Shown here piece by piece: positions 25,322 to 38,110 of a stretch of DNA of 64,000 bases. Position 1 is the stretch's first letter. Every line of letters starts with the position of its first letter. Under the pieces are notes generated by a model, which saw nothing but the letters and a program-made list of their open reading frames with translations, had not been told where the DNA came from and did no database searches. Made by a program: the position numbers and the translations under genes. Source of the stretch: Lama guanicoe (taxonomy: Eukaryota); the NCBI GenBank assembly GCA_013239625.1, contig MU057151.1:2820498-2884497 (forward strand). Direction: 5' to 3'.

Positions 25322-25521
25322 TTTTTTTTTTTTNNNNNNNNNNNNNNNNNNNNNNNNNNNNNNNNNNNNNNNNNNNNNNNNNNNNNNNNNNNNNNNNNNN
25401 NNNNNNNNNNNNNNNNNNNNNNNNNNNNNNNNNNNNNNNNNNNNNNNNNNNNNNNNNNNNNNNNNNNNNNNNNNNNNNNNNNNNNNNNNNNNNNNNNNNN
25501 NNNNNNNNNNNNNNNNNNNNN
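25322..25521 (-). other. Poly-T followed by 188-nt N-run; possibly a hidden retroelement 3' end
   Basis: T12 directly abuts the N-run (25334-25521); content is inferred only. Confidence 0.35.
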
Positions 25522-25620
25522 ATTCAAGGAAGTATTTATTGAGCATTTACTATATGCAAGGTTAGGTGCCTGAGATATAAAGACCGGATGACAGGCCCTC
25601 AGGGGCTTAAATTCTAGCCC
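25522..25620 (-). mobile_element. L2 3' end fragment
   Basis: 'attcaaggaagtatttattgagcatttactatatgcaagg...ggccctcaggggctta'. Confidence 0.7.
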
Positions 25621-25637
25621 AAAGGACTGCATTTAGC

Positions 25638-25845
25638 AATAATTATAGCTATACTGTATTGAGTGTATCCTACATATTAGGAAGCCCAATAAATGTTTTC
25701 AGTAGGTTATCTATCTTAATCCTCATCAACAACTCTAGGATGCTGATACTAACATTCCTATTTTACAAATGAGGCAGCCTCACAGTTAATACATGATGAA
25801 GTAGGAACTCAAACCTGGGCAATCTTGACTACGGAGTCATTACTG
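25638..25845 (-). mobile_element. MIR SINE
   Basis: 'ttaatcctcatcaacaactct...cctattttacaaatgagg...ggaactcaaacctggg'. Confidence 0.75.
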
Positions 25846-25919
25846 CCTGATTTCTCATTTAAACCTCAAGTCCCTGATTGATTCCTAAGTCTAGTCGAGA
25901 AAATCAAGGGGGAAAAAAA

Positions 25920-26110
25920 ATCAACAGTTCCAATAAATACTTACTGAGTGTATTAGGGGAGGGGTGCAAAGCACTGTGAAAGCTACTACTGGAGATACAA
26001 AGTTGCCTAAGATACAGTGTTTGCTTCCTATAGGAGCCAGTGCAGGAGGCAGGAGGCATGTTCACAGCTAACTAACATGAGGCAAAAGGAAGTAAGTGCT
26101 ATAAGCCATG
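25920..26110 (-). mobile_element. L2 3' end fragment
   Basis: 'caataaatacttactgagtg...ctggagatacaaag...aagatacagtgtttgcttcc'. Confidence 0.6.
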
Positions 26111-26466
26111 TCCAAAATGCCATAAATTAAGCTACTGAAATATAAGAAAATGTCGAGTTTGATCATCTTCAGCTTGGCCCAGAAGAATGAGTAGGGCTCA
26201 GAGAGTGAAGGACAATAGCAAATATTAACCAAGTAATTGAAGCCATAAAATGTATTTTAATTTTTAGATAAAATTATTGCCAATAAATACAAGAGCTCAA
26301 GTATCAATTATAATAAGACAGCAACCAGAAGGTAATTTAGTTTTTTTTGGTTATTGTTTTAAGAAGGTAATATAGTTTTAAATGAAGTTTAATACGGTAG
26401 ATTGGATTCTGCAGCAAAGCACCGACAGCCTCAGTTAACGGTTAAGTTTAAAAACAATTATTTTCT

Positions 26467-26556
26467 ACGAATATATGTATGTACATGCATGACTGGGACA
26501 TTGTGCTGTACACCAGAAACTGACACATTGTAACTGACGGTACTTCAATTAAAAAA
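26467..26556 (+). mobile_element. Severely 5'-truncated young L1 3' end
   Basis: 'catgactgggacattgtgctgtacaccagaaactgacacattgtaactgacggtacttcaattaaaa'; perfect TSD aattattttct at 26456-26466 and 26557-26567. Confidence 0.85.
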
Positions 26557-29500
26557 AATTATTTTCTGAATAGAAGCAACTTTGTCAGTTTTAATGAAAT
26601 AATTTATACATTTTTGGACATTTTGTAAAAGGATTAATACCCTACAGTTGGGGATGGTTCCTGTTAATAAGAGTATTCACAGTATTATTGGTATAATAGA
26701 ATACATTTCTGCTTTCTAAAAATTTAAATTTTAGAAGGATATACCATATGTCATGTATTTCTTATAATATGCTGTTGAGTTTGAGAAGACGTTCTCTCTT
26801 TAAAGTACTCTCTAGTCAGTCATTGGCAGTTGGGGGAAAAGATATCCTGTTCAAGCACTTTAATCACCCACCTCAAACATTTAAATGATTCTGTGTTCTG
26901 ACAGGTAACCACAATGGCAGACAGGTTCCCAAATAATGTACACAAACCAGGGAGCAGTACTAAGAATCACCTCCTTCCAAGAGTCAAATGCCCAGAGGCA
27001 CTGAAAAGATGACTAAGTATAAGGCCAAGTTTTGTCAATGTTAATATTCAAGTGCTGGATGACCTACACTACAGGTATTAAAAAAAAAAAAAGCAAAAGG
27101 TGAAATACAGGTTTTTTGCTTTCCCTATCATATGTACTATCTTATAACTTGAGACAAGACACTAAGGCTGCAATTGAAAATTTTCTCTAATTGCTCTTGA
27201 CTAAGAGTTGATCAGCAAGACAAGAATTAAATGGGATCGCCTTCTCACCAATTCTTCTATTACTCATACAAATACTAGTATCCTAAAATTCACATACATT
27301 ATCTTTAAAGATGAATTCCACCTCTTCGTTTTTCACTTTCTAACTTGGTAGAGTCAACATCAGCAATCATTAAATGGACAGTAAGATATCAATCCTCTTC
27401 CATAACAATGCCTATACAAAAGATCTCTATGTAAGACAGGCAGATTCAGAACAAAGTTAATCACACTGTAACATGTATAATAACATGTCTTTAAAATACC
27501 ATAATGGCTTCTCAATACACAGAACTAACTTGTATATTCTCTTCCTCAGTGACTTGAGTAAGAAACCTAAAAGCATGAGTGAATTCATTTCCCATCGAAA
27601 ACATGAAAGTCATTTAAAAGTACTTTACCTTCAATCCTCTTATTTATCCTGCTAAAATAGATACGGACATCGTTGTTACTATCATCCTATCTATTCAAGA
27701 AAACATGCAAAATTTGTAGCGTAAATAAAAAAAGAACACCATTAAACACTACATTATAAAATACTTTGGAGGGCATTCAAACACATAGCGGGAGAAATTA
27801 AACACAGTTTCTTATTATGCTATGCTATGACTACTAAAGGGATGACTCATTCAGAGGGTAGAGTGCTAGAGGATAAGCTGCATTTTGCCAAGCACTCCTA
27901 GCCTGCGAGCAAGGCATTTCATAGTAAACAAGGACATGGAGATGTAAAAGTGCACACTTTCAGAGACCAGGAAGTAGTCTGACAGTCTTGATAACTTGCT
28001 ACGGTCTCTTCCAGATTTAACATTCTATGGGTTTTAGGCACTGTTGAGTATATGTTCTCAAGAGCCCTCATAAGAGGAAGAGGAGATGCAGAATCGTCTG
28101 TACTCTCCCTGTTCCTTACCTGCCCCAGGCAACATCCACTTTGGGGGTTGGTATTGCAGGGAAGTATCTGTGTCAAAGATGGGAGGGATTGCTACTTGCC
28201 AAACCCACTGTGTTTAGGACAGATGCCTGAAGATGGAAGAAATCAGATTTTTAGTAGACAGAATAAAACTATTCCTTCAAAATCTGGGATTCTAATTCCT
28301 CACTTACAAATGCTCATCCAATGTCTTTTTATAAAGAACATGTATTTGGAAATTTAAAAAAACCCAAAATATCTACAAGCAACATTTAATGAGGAAAAGA
28401 ACTTGGGAAGTAAAGCATTTTAAGGCAGACTGAAACAGAATAACCATCACTGAGCGCAAGAGATTATATCTGGTGTGTGATAACTACTTCATACAGGGCA
28501 ACGACTATGGGAACATTCAATACATATTATCTAAAAATAGCAACAAAAATTTTTCTTTTCCCAACACACGGGGGGAAGAAATAGGCAATTTCATTCTTAA
28601 ATGCGTTATTAAAACATGTATGAGTTCTCAAAAGGACATAAGACATCAGCATTGTCAGAGACAGATCAAAGCAGAAAAAGGGATTAAAGCCTGTTGAGAG
28701 GAGCTGCTTACTTAATGACAAGGAAATAAGGAAAACAGTTCCTAGTAAGACAAAGAGTGAATGTTTTCAGAAAATACTTATACCATATGGTTTGAGGCCA
28801 CCTACGTACACTGAAAAAAATACTACAAACCAGAAAGGGGCTCAAAATGAAATGAAATATTAATGGAAACGTTTATCTGAAGGTAACCAGACATAGCTTT
28901 TTAAAGAATTTTCCTCCTTCTGAACATTTTGTGCCACGATGTTCTGAGAAATGTTTAGAGGAAAGTAAATTCTCTCCACTTTTCCAAGTCTGTAGACAGA
29001 ACAGGAAGTAACCACCTAATCTAGGTGAATCTTCCCTGCTAACTGGCGGCCAATACTATCAGGTCAGCAGTCACTCTCAGGGAAATCTGCATGGAATCAG
29101 CAGAAGTCCAGAAATGCAATGTAAAGCTGAGCAAGATACTCCCTAATCCAAGTTGTATGCCACTTCCCACACCCTTCTGAGACTCTTCTGAGACTCTTCT
29201 ATTGATGCAGACCAGGAGAGATCAGAAATATGTTTGTGGGAGAGGGGTACAACTATGAAAAAGGCATATTTCCTTAATATTTTACCATAAATCCTATCCC
29301 TTCCACCATACCAAGGCAAAAACAGAGGTTTAAAAATAGCCTTAGATGTTCACAAGTTCCTACTCCGGCAACCTGCTCTTCCTTACAATTAGATTCCTTA
29401 GAATGAAATTTGGAGGTGGTAACATTAACAGTATAATATCCATCTCTACCAATATACTAATTACTACAACAGGGGTATTCAATAAGGTTAATTATATTGT

Positions 29501-29817
29501 AGGTAGATACGGGAAAAGTGAGAAGCCCCCTAGCTTGGTTCTTTTCTTCTGCCACCAAAAAATGATTGCTTTTCAACTGTACTCAAGTTCCTCACCAACT
29601 TAGCTAAAAAATTCAACTGTATTACTCATGGCAGCCAACTTAAAGCCATAATTCCCTAGGATCTAAAAGCTCAGAGAAAAACAGAAATGGAGGCATCTTC
29701 CTTCCACAACCAGGTTAAAACCTTTCATGTCTTATCTCAACACAAAGAATATCTCATATCCAAAGTATATAAACAACAGATTCAATCTGTAAAAATACAG
29801 TCAGTATGGTTAAACCC

Positions 29818-30207
29818 CATATTAGTCTGCTCGAGCTGCCATAACGAAATACCACAGACTAGATGGCTTAAAAAACAGAAATTTATTTTCTCACAGTTCT
29901 GGAGGATAGAAAGTCCAAGATAAAGGTTCCAGAAGGGTTCTGTTTCTGAGAGCTCTCTTCCTGGCTTGTAGTTGGCTGCTTTGTCTTTGCATGGCCTGTC
30001 CTCTGAGCTTCAGAAAGAGAGTGAGCATGCACATGAGCTCTCTAGTATCACTCATAAGGACGCTAACCCTATTGTGTCACGGCCCCATCTTTATGACTTC
30101 ATTTAACCTTAATTACCTCGTTATAGGCCCTGTCTCCACATACAGTCACACTGGGGATTAGGGTTCCAATAGATGGATTTTGTGGGGACACAACTCAGTC
30201 CATAGTA
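29818..30207 (-). mobile_element. MLT1A/B-like MaLR solo LTR
   Basis: 'tattagtctgctcgagctgccataacgaaataccacagactagatggctt...ctcacagttctggagg' through 'ggggacacaactcagtccatagta'; 5-bp TSD-like aaccc/aatcc. Confidence 0.88.
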
Positions 30208-31220
30208 AATCCCTAACAAAAATTTTAGCAGTTTGAAGTTTACATAATAAGGTATCTAAGGTTATTAGCTGAACGAGCTTTTACGAGATTATCTATTTCC
30301 TCTTCATTTTACAGATGAAAAACAGAAAGCTATCCAGAGAGACTAACTGCAGGGTTAACTGGTTAGTGTTAGAACCTGGCTAGTTCTCCAAATTTTCTTA
30401 CTACTGATTGAATTTATTCCTCAGTACAGGGCAAGAAATTGTGAGTAGCAAACCTTGATGTCTTCTAAGGAATAGGAAAATCCCATAAATAGTACTACAT
30501 AGTACCACACAGATGAGCATAAGTACAGGTCTCCTCCTCCTCCTCTCATGAGGGGAAAGAGAAATTAGCTGAGAAGATATCACGATAACCTGGAAATGCT
30601 GGATCAACCTAGAAACCCTAGACCAAATATACAAGCTTCTATACTATTATTGGTGATTGTTTAAGTAATTCATATCACTTAATGAGGTGTTTAAATGAAT
30701 GAATGAATAATTAGTGAAAGAATGAAGCCTAAGTCTTTCAGATAATTTGAAATTCAAATTGATAGGAAGCCTTGAAAGGGACAGGAGGAGGTATACTGGG
30801 GGCAGAGGTGGGTGGTAAGGAAAGGTTCCAATGCATTTTACACTTTCTCATCCACACCAGTCCTTTACGGCAGATAAGGAAAACACACTAAATCACTGTT
30901 ACAGCCTTATAAAATACTCCTCCCTCCAACCTTTGTAACTAGCCTGTATCCATGGGGCTTAGGGAAATAAGGAGATACTACTTAAACAGACAGCATGGGT
31001 CAGCACAGAAGAGCACAAATACCTGCAAGTGGGAATCAGGAATTACCAGTCTTTCAGTACTTTTCTCTGCCTGGTGGTCCCAGAAATTCTATCATAGCAG
31101 CATTATATTCTTTTTTTAAAAATATAATGCTAATTTAACTGGCAAATGCCACAGGAACAGAAGCAGTCTAAAGTCTTATAGACTTTTGGGAAGGTTCAGA
31201 GACAGAGAGTGGGTGGGTGG

Positions 31221-31846
31221 NNNNNNNNNNNNNNNNNNNNNNNNNNNNNNNNNNNNNNNNNNNNNNNNNNNNNNNNNNNNNNNNNNNNNNNNNNNNNNNN
31301 NNNNNNNNNNNNNNNNNNNNNNNNNNNNNNNNNNNNNNNNNNNNNNNNNNNNNNNNNNNNNNNNNNNNNNNNNNNNNNNNNNNNNNNNNNNNNNNNNNNN
31401 NNNNNNNNNNNNNNNNNNNNNNNNNNNNNNNNNNNNNNNNNNNNNNNNNNNNNNNNNNNNNNNNNNNNNNNNNNNNNNNNNNNNNNNNNNNNNNNNNNNN
31501 NNNNNNNNNNNNNNNNNNNNNNNNNNNNNNNNNNNNNNNNNNNNNNNNNNNNNNNNNNNNNNNNNNNNNNNNNNNNNNNNNNNNNNNNNNNNNNNNNNNN
31601 NNNNNNNNNNNNNNNNNNNNNNNNNNNNNNNNNNNNNNNNNNNNNNNNNNNNNNNNNNNNNNNNNNNNNNNNNNNNNNNNNNNNNNNNNNNNNNNNNNNN
31701 NNNNNNNNNNNNNNNNNNNNNNNNNNNNNNNNNNNNNNNNNNNNNNNNNNNNNNNNNNNNNNNNNNNNNNNNNNNNNNNNNNNNNNNNNNNNNNNNNNNN
31801 NNNNNNNNNNNNNNNNNNNTGTGTGTGTGTGTGTGTGTGTGTGTGT
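31221..31846. other. 599-nt N-run followed by (TG)n (31820-31846)
   Basis: Seen directly. Confidence 0.9.
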
Positions 31847-33231
31847 TGTAAATCAAGGGTCTTCACCACCAACATACAACTAGCCAAATCACAAGCTTGC
31901 TCCAAGGGATTAGCTTGATTCTGCCAATTTTTGAACTGAAAGGACCATTTCTTCCTTTTAGCAAAACCAAATCAACAATTTTCAGTAAATTAAAAAAAAT
32001 CAGTCTCAGGCTTGATACACTGAGACAGTCTCATTATTATTTTCATTTTTAAAGCCCTGAATTAGATGAGAACAGCTACCTGCATTGGAAAAAAACACTG
32101 TATTTGCTCATATTTTCTTTTATTAGTTTACACTGCAATGGGTATTAAATTTAATATATGGCAGCATTTGAAGGATGAAATAGCTGGGGTTTTTTTTTCT
32201 GATAACAGGAACAAATCACAAATTTTTATTATCTGAAAATCTAACTCATTAAATAAATTTTAACTGACAAATTACTACAGATTTCCAAAATGAAATAATT
32301 TCTATTTGAAATTCCTATTCTGAAACCATTTGTTCAAAGAACTCTAAAGTTTGAGACTCAGCCTTTACCATGAAAAGACTTAATTATTTTAATATAAAAG
32401 AGACCAGGCCAAAAAGGATGACCTTCTACTGAAGTTCTAAGATGTCTAGATTCAATATAAGCAAAACTAAGAGAACTAGAAGAACTAGATCCAGGGATTT
32501 TAGAATGAATATTGATTGATATGGTCAACTTTTACTTTTTTTATGCCATTAAAAACTTTTATGGAACTATTTGGTGCTTCCATTTGACTATTTGTATGCC
32601 AGATGGTGAGGGAATTCATAACATTTAAAACAAAACAATGAAAACAACCAAGGAGGTTGTTTTGGTTTGGTTTGGGTTTGTCCTTTAATCTTACCTCCCC
32701 AGCTAATGACCTATCTTTTACCAGCGTGTCACAGGAAATAATATGCTGATTGATTTAAACACTAATATAAAAACAGCTGGAGAGTTATTCAGCTTCTTCA
32801 TTCTAGATTATCTTGTTTCCCATTCCAAGGAGAGCTCATGTAATGTGCCAGCTTAGTAAGTAAGATCTGCAATAAACTGTGATGTATTTGTTTTTCACAT
32901 GTTTTCCGGGTTTAGAAAGGTAACTGTTTCAATTTTAAGGTCCTTGTACTTGTTCCTTTAGGGGAAAGGAGCTGGATAGACTCAGCTTTGCAGCAGGAAT
33001 TCGGCAAGGCTTTCTCATTTTAGGGAGAAGAAAGGCGGATCTAGGGACAAAGTACTCAACTGAGGCCGTATTTTTATCAGGACAGCTTTTGTCGCCTTCG
33101 GTTTTTTTTCTTCCCTTCCTTTTTCACCTTTCAGAAGACACTTTTCAAGAACATCTATCATGAAATATCCAAGAGATTAAGTGTTTTTTTTTCTTAACAC
33201 AGAATTGACATCCTCACCTCCAGAGTGCTTT

Positions 33232-36200
33232 CTTTTTAAAAAATCAACTTTATTAAAGCATAATTTATATACAATAAAACACCCATTTTAAGTGTAAAAT
33301 CCAGTGCATTTTGACAAACGTGTACATACAGGTAACCTAAACCACAATCAAGGTACAGAACATTTCTATCACCCCAAAGAGTTGCCTTGTGTGTCTCTTT
33401 ACAATCAATTCCCTCCCCTCCCGGACCTTGGCTTGGCAAACACTGACCTGCTTTTGGTCACTATAGCTTTGCCTTTTCTGGAATTTCATGTAAGTGGAAT
33501 AATCCAAATATGTAGTCTTGTGTGTAGCTTCTCTCACTTAGAATAATGCTTTTGATAGCCATTCATGTTGTTTGGTCCTTTTTATTTTTAAGTAATAGTC
33601 CACTGAGTAGATATACCACAATTTTTGTTTATTTACTCAGTTGCTGATGGATATTTGGGTTGCTTCCAGTTTGGGACTATTATAAATAAAGCTGCTACGA
33701 TAACATTTGCATTCAAATTTTTGTGTGAACGTAAGTTTTCATTCTTCTTAGGTAACCACCCACAAAGAAAACTGCTGAGCCATGAGTAGGTGTTGCTTAA
33801 CGTTGTAAGAAACTACCAGACTATTTTCCAATTGGTTGTACCAATTTCCAGTAGCTGTACCAATTACATTCCTACCTGTACTGTATGAGTGGTTCCACAA
33901 CCACATCAATACTTGATATTGTCTTTTTTTAAAAAATTCAAGTTAATGTGTAGGGATATGTCGTTGTGGTTTTAATTTGCAGCTCTCTGATAACTAAGAA
34001 TATTGAGCAACTCTTCAAGTACTTAATATTCATTCACGTATCTTCTCTTGGGAAGTGTTTGTTCAACTCATTTACTCATTTTTAAATTGGATTGTTTTTC
34101 TTCTTTTTATTGAGTTGTAGGTTTTTAGAAAATATATTCTGGAAACCAATCTTTATCACATAATTGTACTACAAATATAATTTTCTAGTCTGTGGTTTGC
34201 TTTTTTGTTTTCCTAATGGTATCTTCTGAAAAGCATACGTTTTTTATGTTGATGAAGTTTATTTTTTATCAGTTTTTCTCTTCTGGTTCATGGTTTTGTG
34301 TCCAATAAAAGAAATCTTTATCCAAAAGTCATGAAGTTTTTCTCCCATTCTATTTCAGAAGTTTTATAATTTCTGCTTCTACATTTAGGTTTATAATCCA
34401 TTATGAGTTACTTTTTGTGTAACTGTAAGGTAAAGATTGAGGTTCATTTTTTTATTTTTTAATATTTGGTGATGGATTTTTGTGTATGTACATAAGGAAC
34501 ACTGCTCTGTGGCTTTCTTGTAATATCTTTGTCAGTTTTTGGTATCATGGTGATGCCAGCCTCACAGAATGAGATGGGAAGAATTCTCTATTTTTTACAA
34601 GTTTGGTTAACTTGTTTCTTAAATATTTAATAAAATTCATGTTTGAAATCACTGAAGCTTAGATTTTAATTGTGGGATAATTTTTAATTACAAATTTAAT
34701 TTCTTTAATATTCAGATTTTTTCATTCTTTCTGAGTCAATTTTGGTAATCTGTGTCTTTCAAAGAATTCTTCCATTTCATCTAAGTTTAGAATTTACTGG
34801 CATGAAGTTATTCATAATATTCCCTTATTATCTTTTTCATGTCCGTCGAACCTGTAGTGATATCTATTCTTTCCTTCCTGATATTGGTAATTTGTGTCTT
34901 TTCTCTCTTTTTTGTCTTTACCAGTCTAGCTATAGGTTTATCAATTTTATTGATTGTTTCAAAGAGCTGGCTATTGATTTAGTTGATTTTTTTTCCTATT
35001 GTTAGTTTTCTATTTTTATTGATTTCTACTCTTCTAATATTTTATTCCTCTTACTTACTTGGGGTTTAATTTGCTCTTCATTTTCTTGCCTCTTAGGGTG
35101 GAATCTTAGATTATTGACTTTAGATCTTCCTTATTTTAAAGCTGTAAATTTCCCTCTAAGCACTGTTAGTTGCATTCCACAAGTTTTAATATGTTGCGTT
35201 TTCATTATCATTTAGTTCAAAATATTTTCTCATTTCCCTTATAGTTTCTTCTTTGACCATGATTTATTTAAAGGTAAACTCTGTAATTTCCTGATATTTG
35301 AGAATTTTCCAGATGGCTTTTTGTGGATTTCTAATTTAATTCCATTTTGGTCAGAGAACAAACTGTATTATTTCAATTCTTTTGAATATGCTGAGGTCTG
35401 TTTTATGGCCTAGAATTCTTAATGAATGTACCATGTAAATTTGAAAAGAAAATGTATTCTGGTAGTGTTAGGCCCAGGGTTTTATAATAAATGTCAGTTA
35501 GGTATAGTTGGTAGAAAGTATTGGTCAGATTTTCTATCTCCTCACTGACTTTTCTGTCTACTTATTCTATCAGTTACTGAGAGTACTGAAATATTCAACT
35601 GTAACTGTGGTTTTGTCTGTTTATCCATTCATTTGTATCTGTTTTTTTTTCTTCATGTATTTTGAGGCTCTGTTAGGAGCATACATATTTAGGATTATTG
35701 CTTTCTTGATGAATTGACCACTTTATCATTATGAAATGTTCCCTCCATCTTGAAGTCTAATTTATCTCATATTAACATAGTCACTCCAGCTTTCTTATTA
35801 CTAGTGCTTGCATGATATATCTTTTTCCATCTTTTTATTTTGAACCTCTGTGCCTTTATTCTTAAAGTGGGTTTCTTATAGACAGTAGTACATAGTTGGG
35901 TCTTGCATTTTAATGCAGCCTTTTAATTGGAGTGTTTAGACACTTATATTGAATGTAACTTTGATATTGCTGTGTTCTTTATATTTGATTTTTGTTTTCT
36001 GTTTCCCATCTGTTTTCTGATCCTCTTTTTCTGTCTTCTTTTGGATTAGATAAGTATAGTTTATCATTCATTTTTATAGCCATTATTAACCTACTAATTA
36101 TACCTTTTTTGGTGGTTATTCCAGGTTGCAAATGATGCATCTTTAATTTACTGCAAACTACTTTCAAGTAATATTACATCACTACACATACAACATAAGG

Positions 36201-38110
36201 ACTTTAGAATACTTTCAATGAAAGCATACTTTCATTTCACTCCTTCCATGCCTTGGGGCTATTGTCATACCTTTGACATCTACATACCTTATAAATTCCA
36301 TGATGACTTACTAATTTTGCTTTAAAGCTAACTTTTTAAAAAATTTTAAAATGAGAAAAAAAGTCTTTCCTATTTATCCCACACTTACCACACTTATCTG
36401 GAACGCTTCATTACTTTTAGAGATCCAAGTTTCCATCTGGTATTTTCCTTCAGCCAGAAGAACTTCAATATTTCTTGTAGTTCAGGTCTGCTGGTGACAA
36501 TTCAGTTTTTGTCTGAAAAAAATATATTTCACCTTCATTTATTTTTGCTTCAATTTTTAAGATTTTCACTGGAGATAGGATTTGAGGTTGACAGTACTTT
36601 TTCTTTCAGCACTTTAAACATGTCATTCCATTGTCTTCTCACTTGCATTGATTCTGATGAGATGTGTATGATTTCTTATCTTTGTTCTTCCATATGTAAT
36701 GTTTCTTTTCTCCTCTAGCTTCTTTTCAATGCTCACTCTATCACTGGTTTTCAGCAATCTGATCATAATAGTCTTAGAGTGGTTTTCTTTGTGGTTATTG
36801 CACATAGGGTTGTCTGAGTTTCTTGGATCTATGTATGCATTTATCATTTCCAATCATAAAATGTTAGCCATTATTTCTTCGACTATTTTTTTCTGCCTAT
36901 TCCTCTCTCTCCTTTCCTTCTGGGACTTCAATTACATGTATATTAGTTTACTCGTATTGTCCCACAGTTGACTAAGGCTTTCTCTTTCTTTTCTTCAGTT
37001 TTTCCCATTCTCTCCTTCAGAGAGGATAATTTTATTGTTGTATCTTCAAATTCATTGATGCTTTCATGTGCAGTCTAATCTGCTATTAATCTCATCCAGT
37101 GAATTTGTCACTCCATATAGTATACTCTTCAGCTCCAGAAGTTCTATTTGATTCTTTATATGTCTTCAATTTCTTTCTTCATTATATTCATGTTTTTCTT
37201 TCAATTGTTAAACATAGTGTCGTGGCTGTTTTAATGTCCTCATCTGCTAATTCTATAACTGTTAGTTCTGGTTCTGTTTCTATTGACTGACTTCCTCTTG
37301 GTTATGGGTCACATTTTAGTGCTTCTTGGAATGTCCAGTAATTTTTTGGATATCAGCTATTATAATCATTATATTCTTGAGTGTTTTGCTTTTACTGTCT
37401 TCCATCAAAGAGTACTGAAGCTTGTTTTGTCGTGCATCTAAATTTTTTGTGGATAATTCTTTTTTAAGACTTGGTTTTAAGTTTTGTTAGTCCGGGTTCA
37501 AAGTACCCTTTACTCTAGGGCTACATTAGCTCTACTACTTAGGAATGATCCTTCTAGGGTCTCTATTAAATGCTCTGGGCGTTCAACAAGGTCTCTCAAC
37601 TCTTGCTGTAGGAACTCAAATGTCTACCAGTCGTCTATGAGCTCTGATGAATTTTCAGCTTATAGCTTCTGAGCAATAGTATTTTGCCTGGCCCCATTGC
37701 ATTTCTCTCAACACATGCACAAATTCATAATTCAGCCAAAGATAAAGGGGACATTTATGCTGATTTCTGGAGTACTCTGCTCTACAAATTCCTGCCACTT
37801 AGGTAGGCCTCCCTGAGTTCCTACCTCTGTTTCATCAATTCAATAAGACTGCATGCTCTGCTTGGGTTCCCTCTCACAATGCTATAGTCCAGAAACTGCC
37901 CGCAGACAAAAAGCCCAGGTGACTGTAGGGCTCGTTTCATTTGCTCCCTTTTAATCAGGGATCACACACTCCTGTGCTACCTGTTGCCAATGTCTGAGAA
38001 CGGTTGTTTCAGATATTTTGTCCAGCTCCAAGTTGTTTATGGAGTATACAAGGCAGAAGGGAACAAGTCTTATTACAGTTACTCATTCATGGATCAAAGT
38101 GGAAGTCTCA
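33232..38110 (-). mobile_element. Large ancient L1 (L1MC/L1MD-like), internally deleted: 3' UTR, part of ORF2, ORF1 and 5' region
   Basis: Starts with the reverse-complement 3' end 'caactttattaaagcataatttatatacaataaaacacccattttaagtgt'; ORF 36623-36853 (IMIRLLKTSD...KKLEEKRNITYGRTKIR) resembles L1 ORF1p; many stops and frameshifts. Confidence 0.88.

Noticed and set aside
27629-27690. Minus-strand exon DDSNNDVRIYFSRINKRIE
   Set aside because: The first AG gives stops in all frames; the open version needs the second AG, and I do not recognise the peptide.
28531-29339. MEF2-type CTA/TTA-AAAA-TAG motifs
   Set aside because: Expected by chance in AT-rich DNA.
31168-31918. ORFs over 200 aa in several frames
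   Set aside because: Artefacts of the 599-nt N-run; the same applies to ORFs spanning the other N-runs.
36623-36853. L1 ORF1p-like ORF as a functional CDS
   Set aside because: Short remnant of a heavily mutated L1, surrounded by stops and frameshifts.
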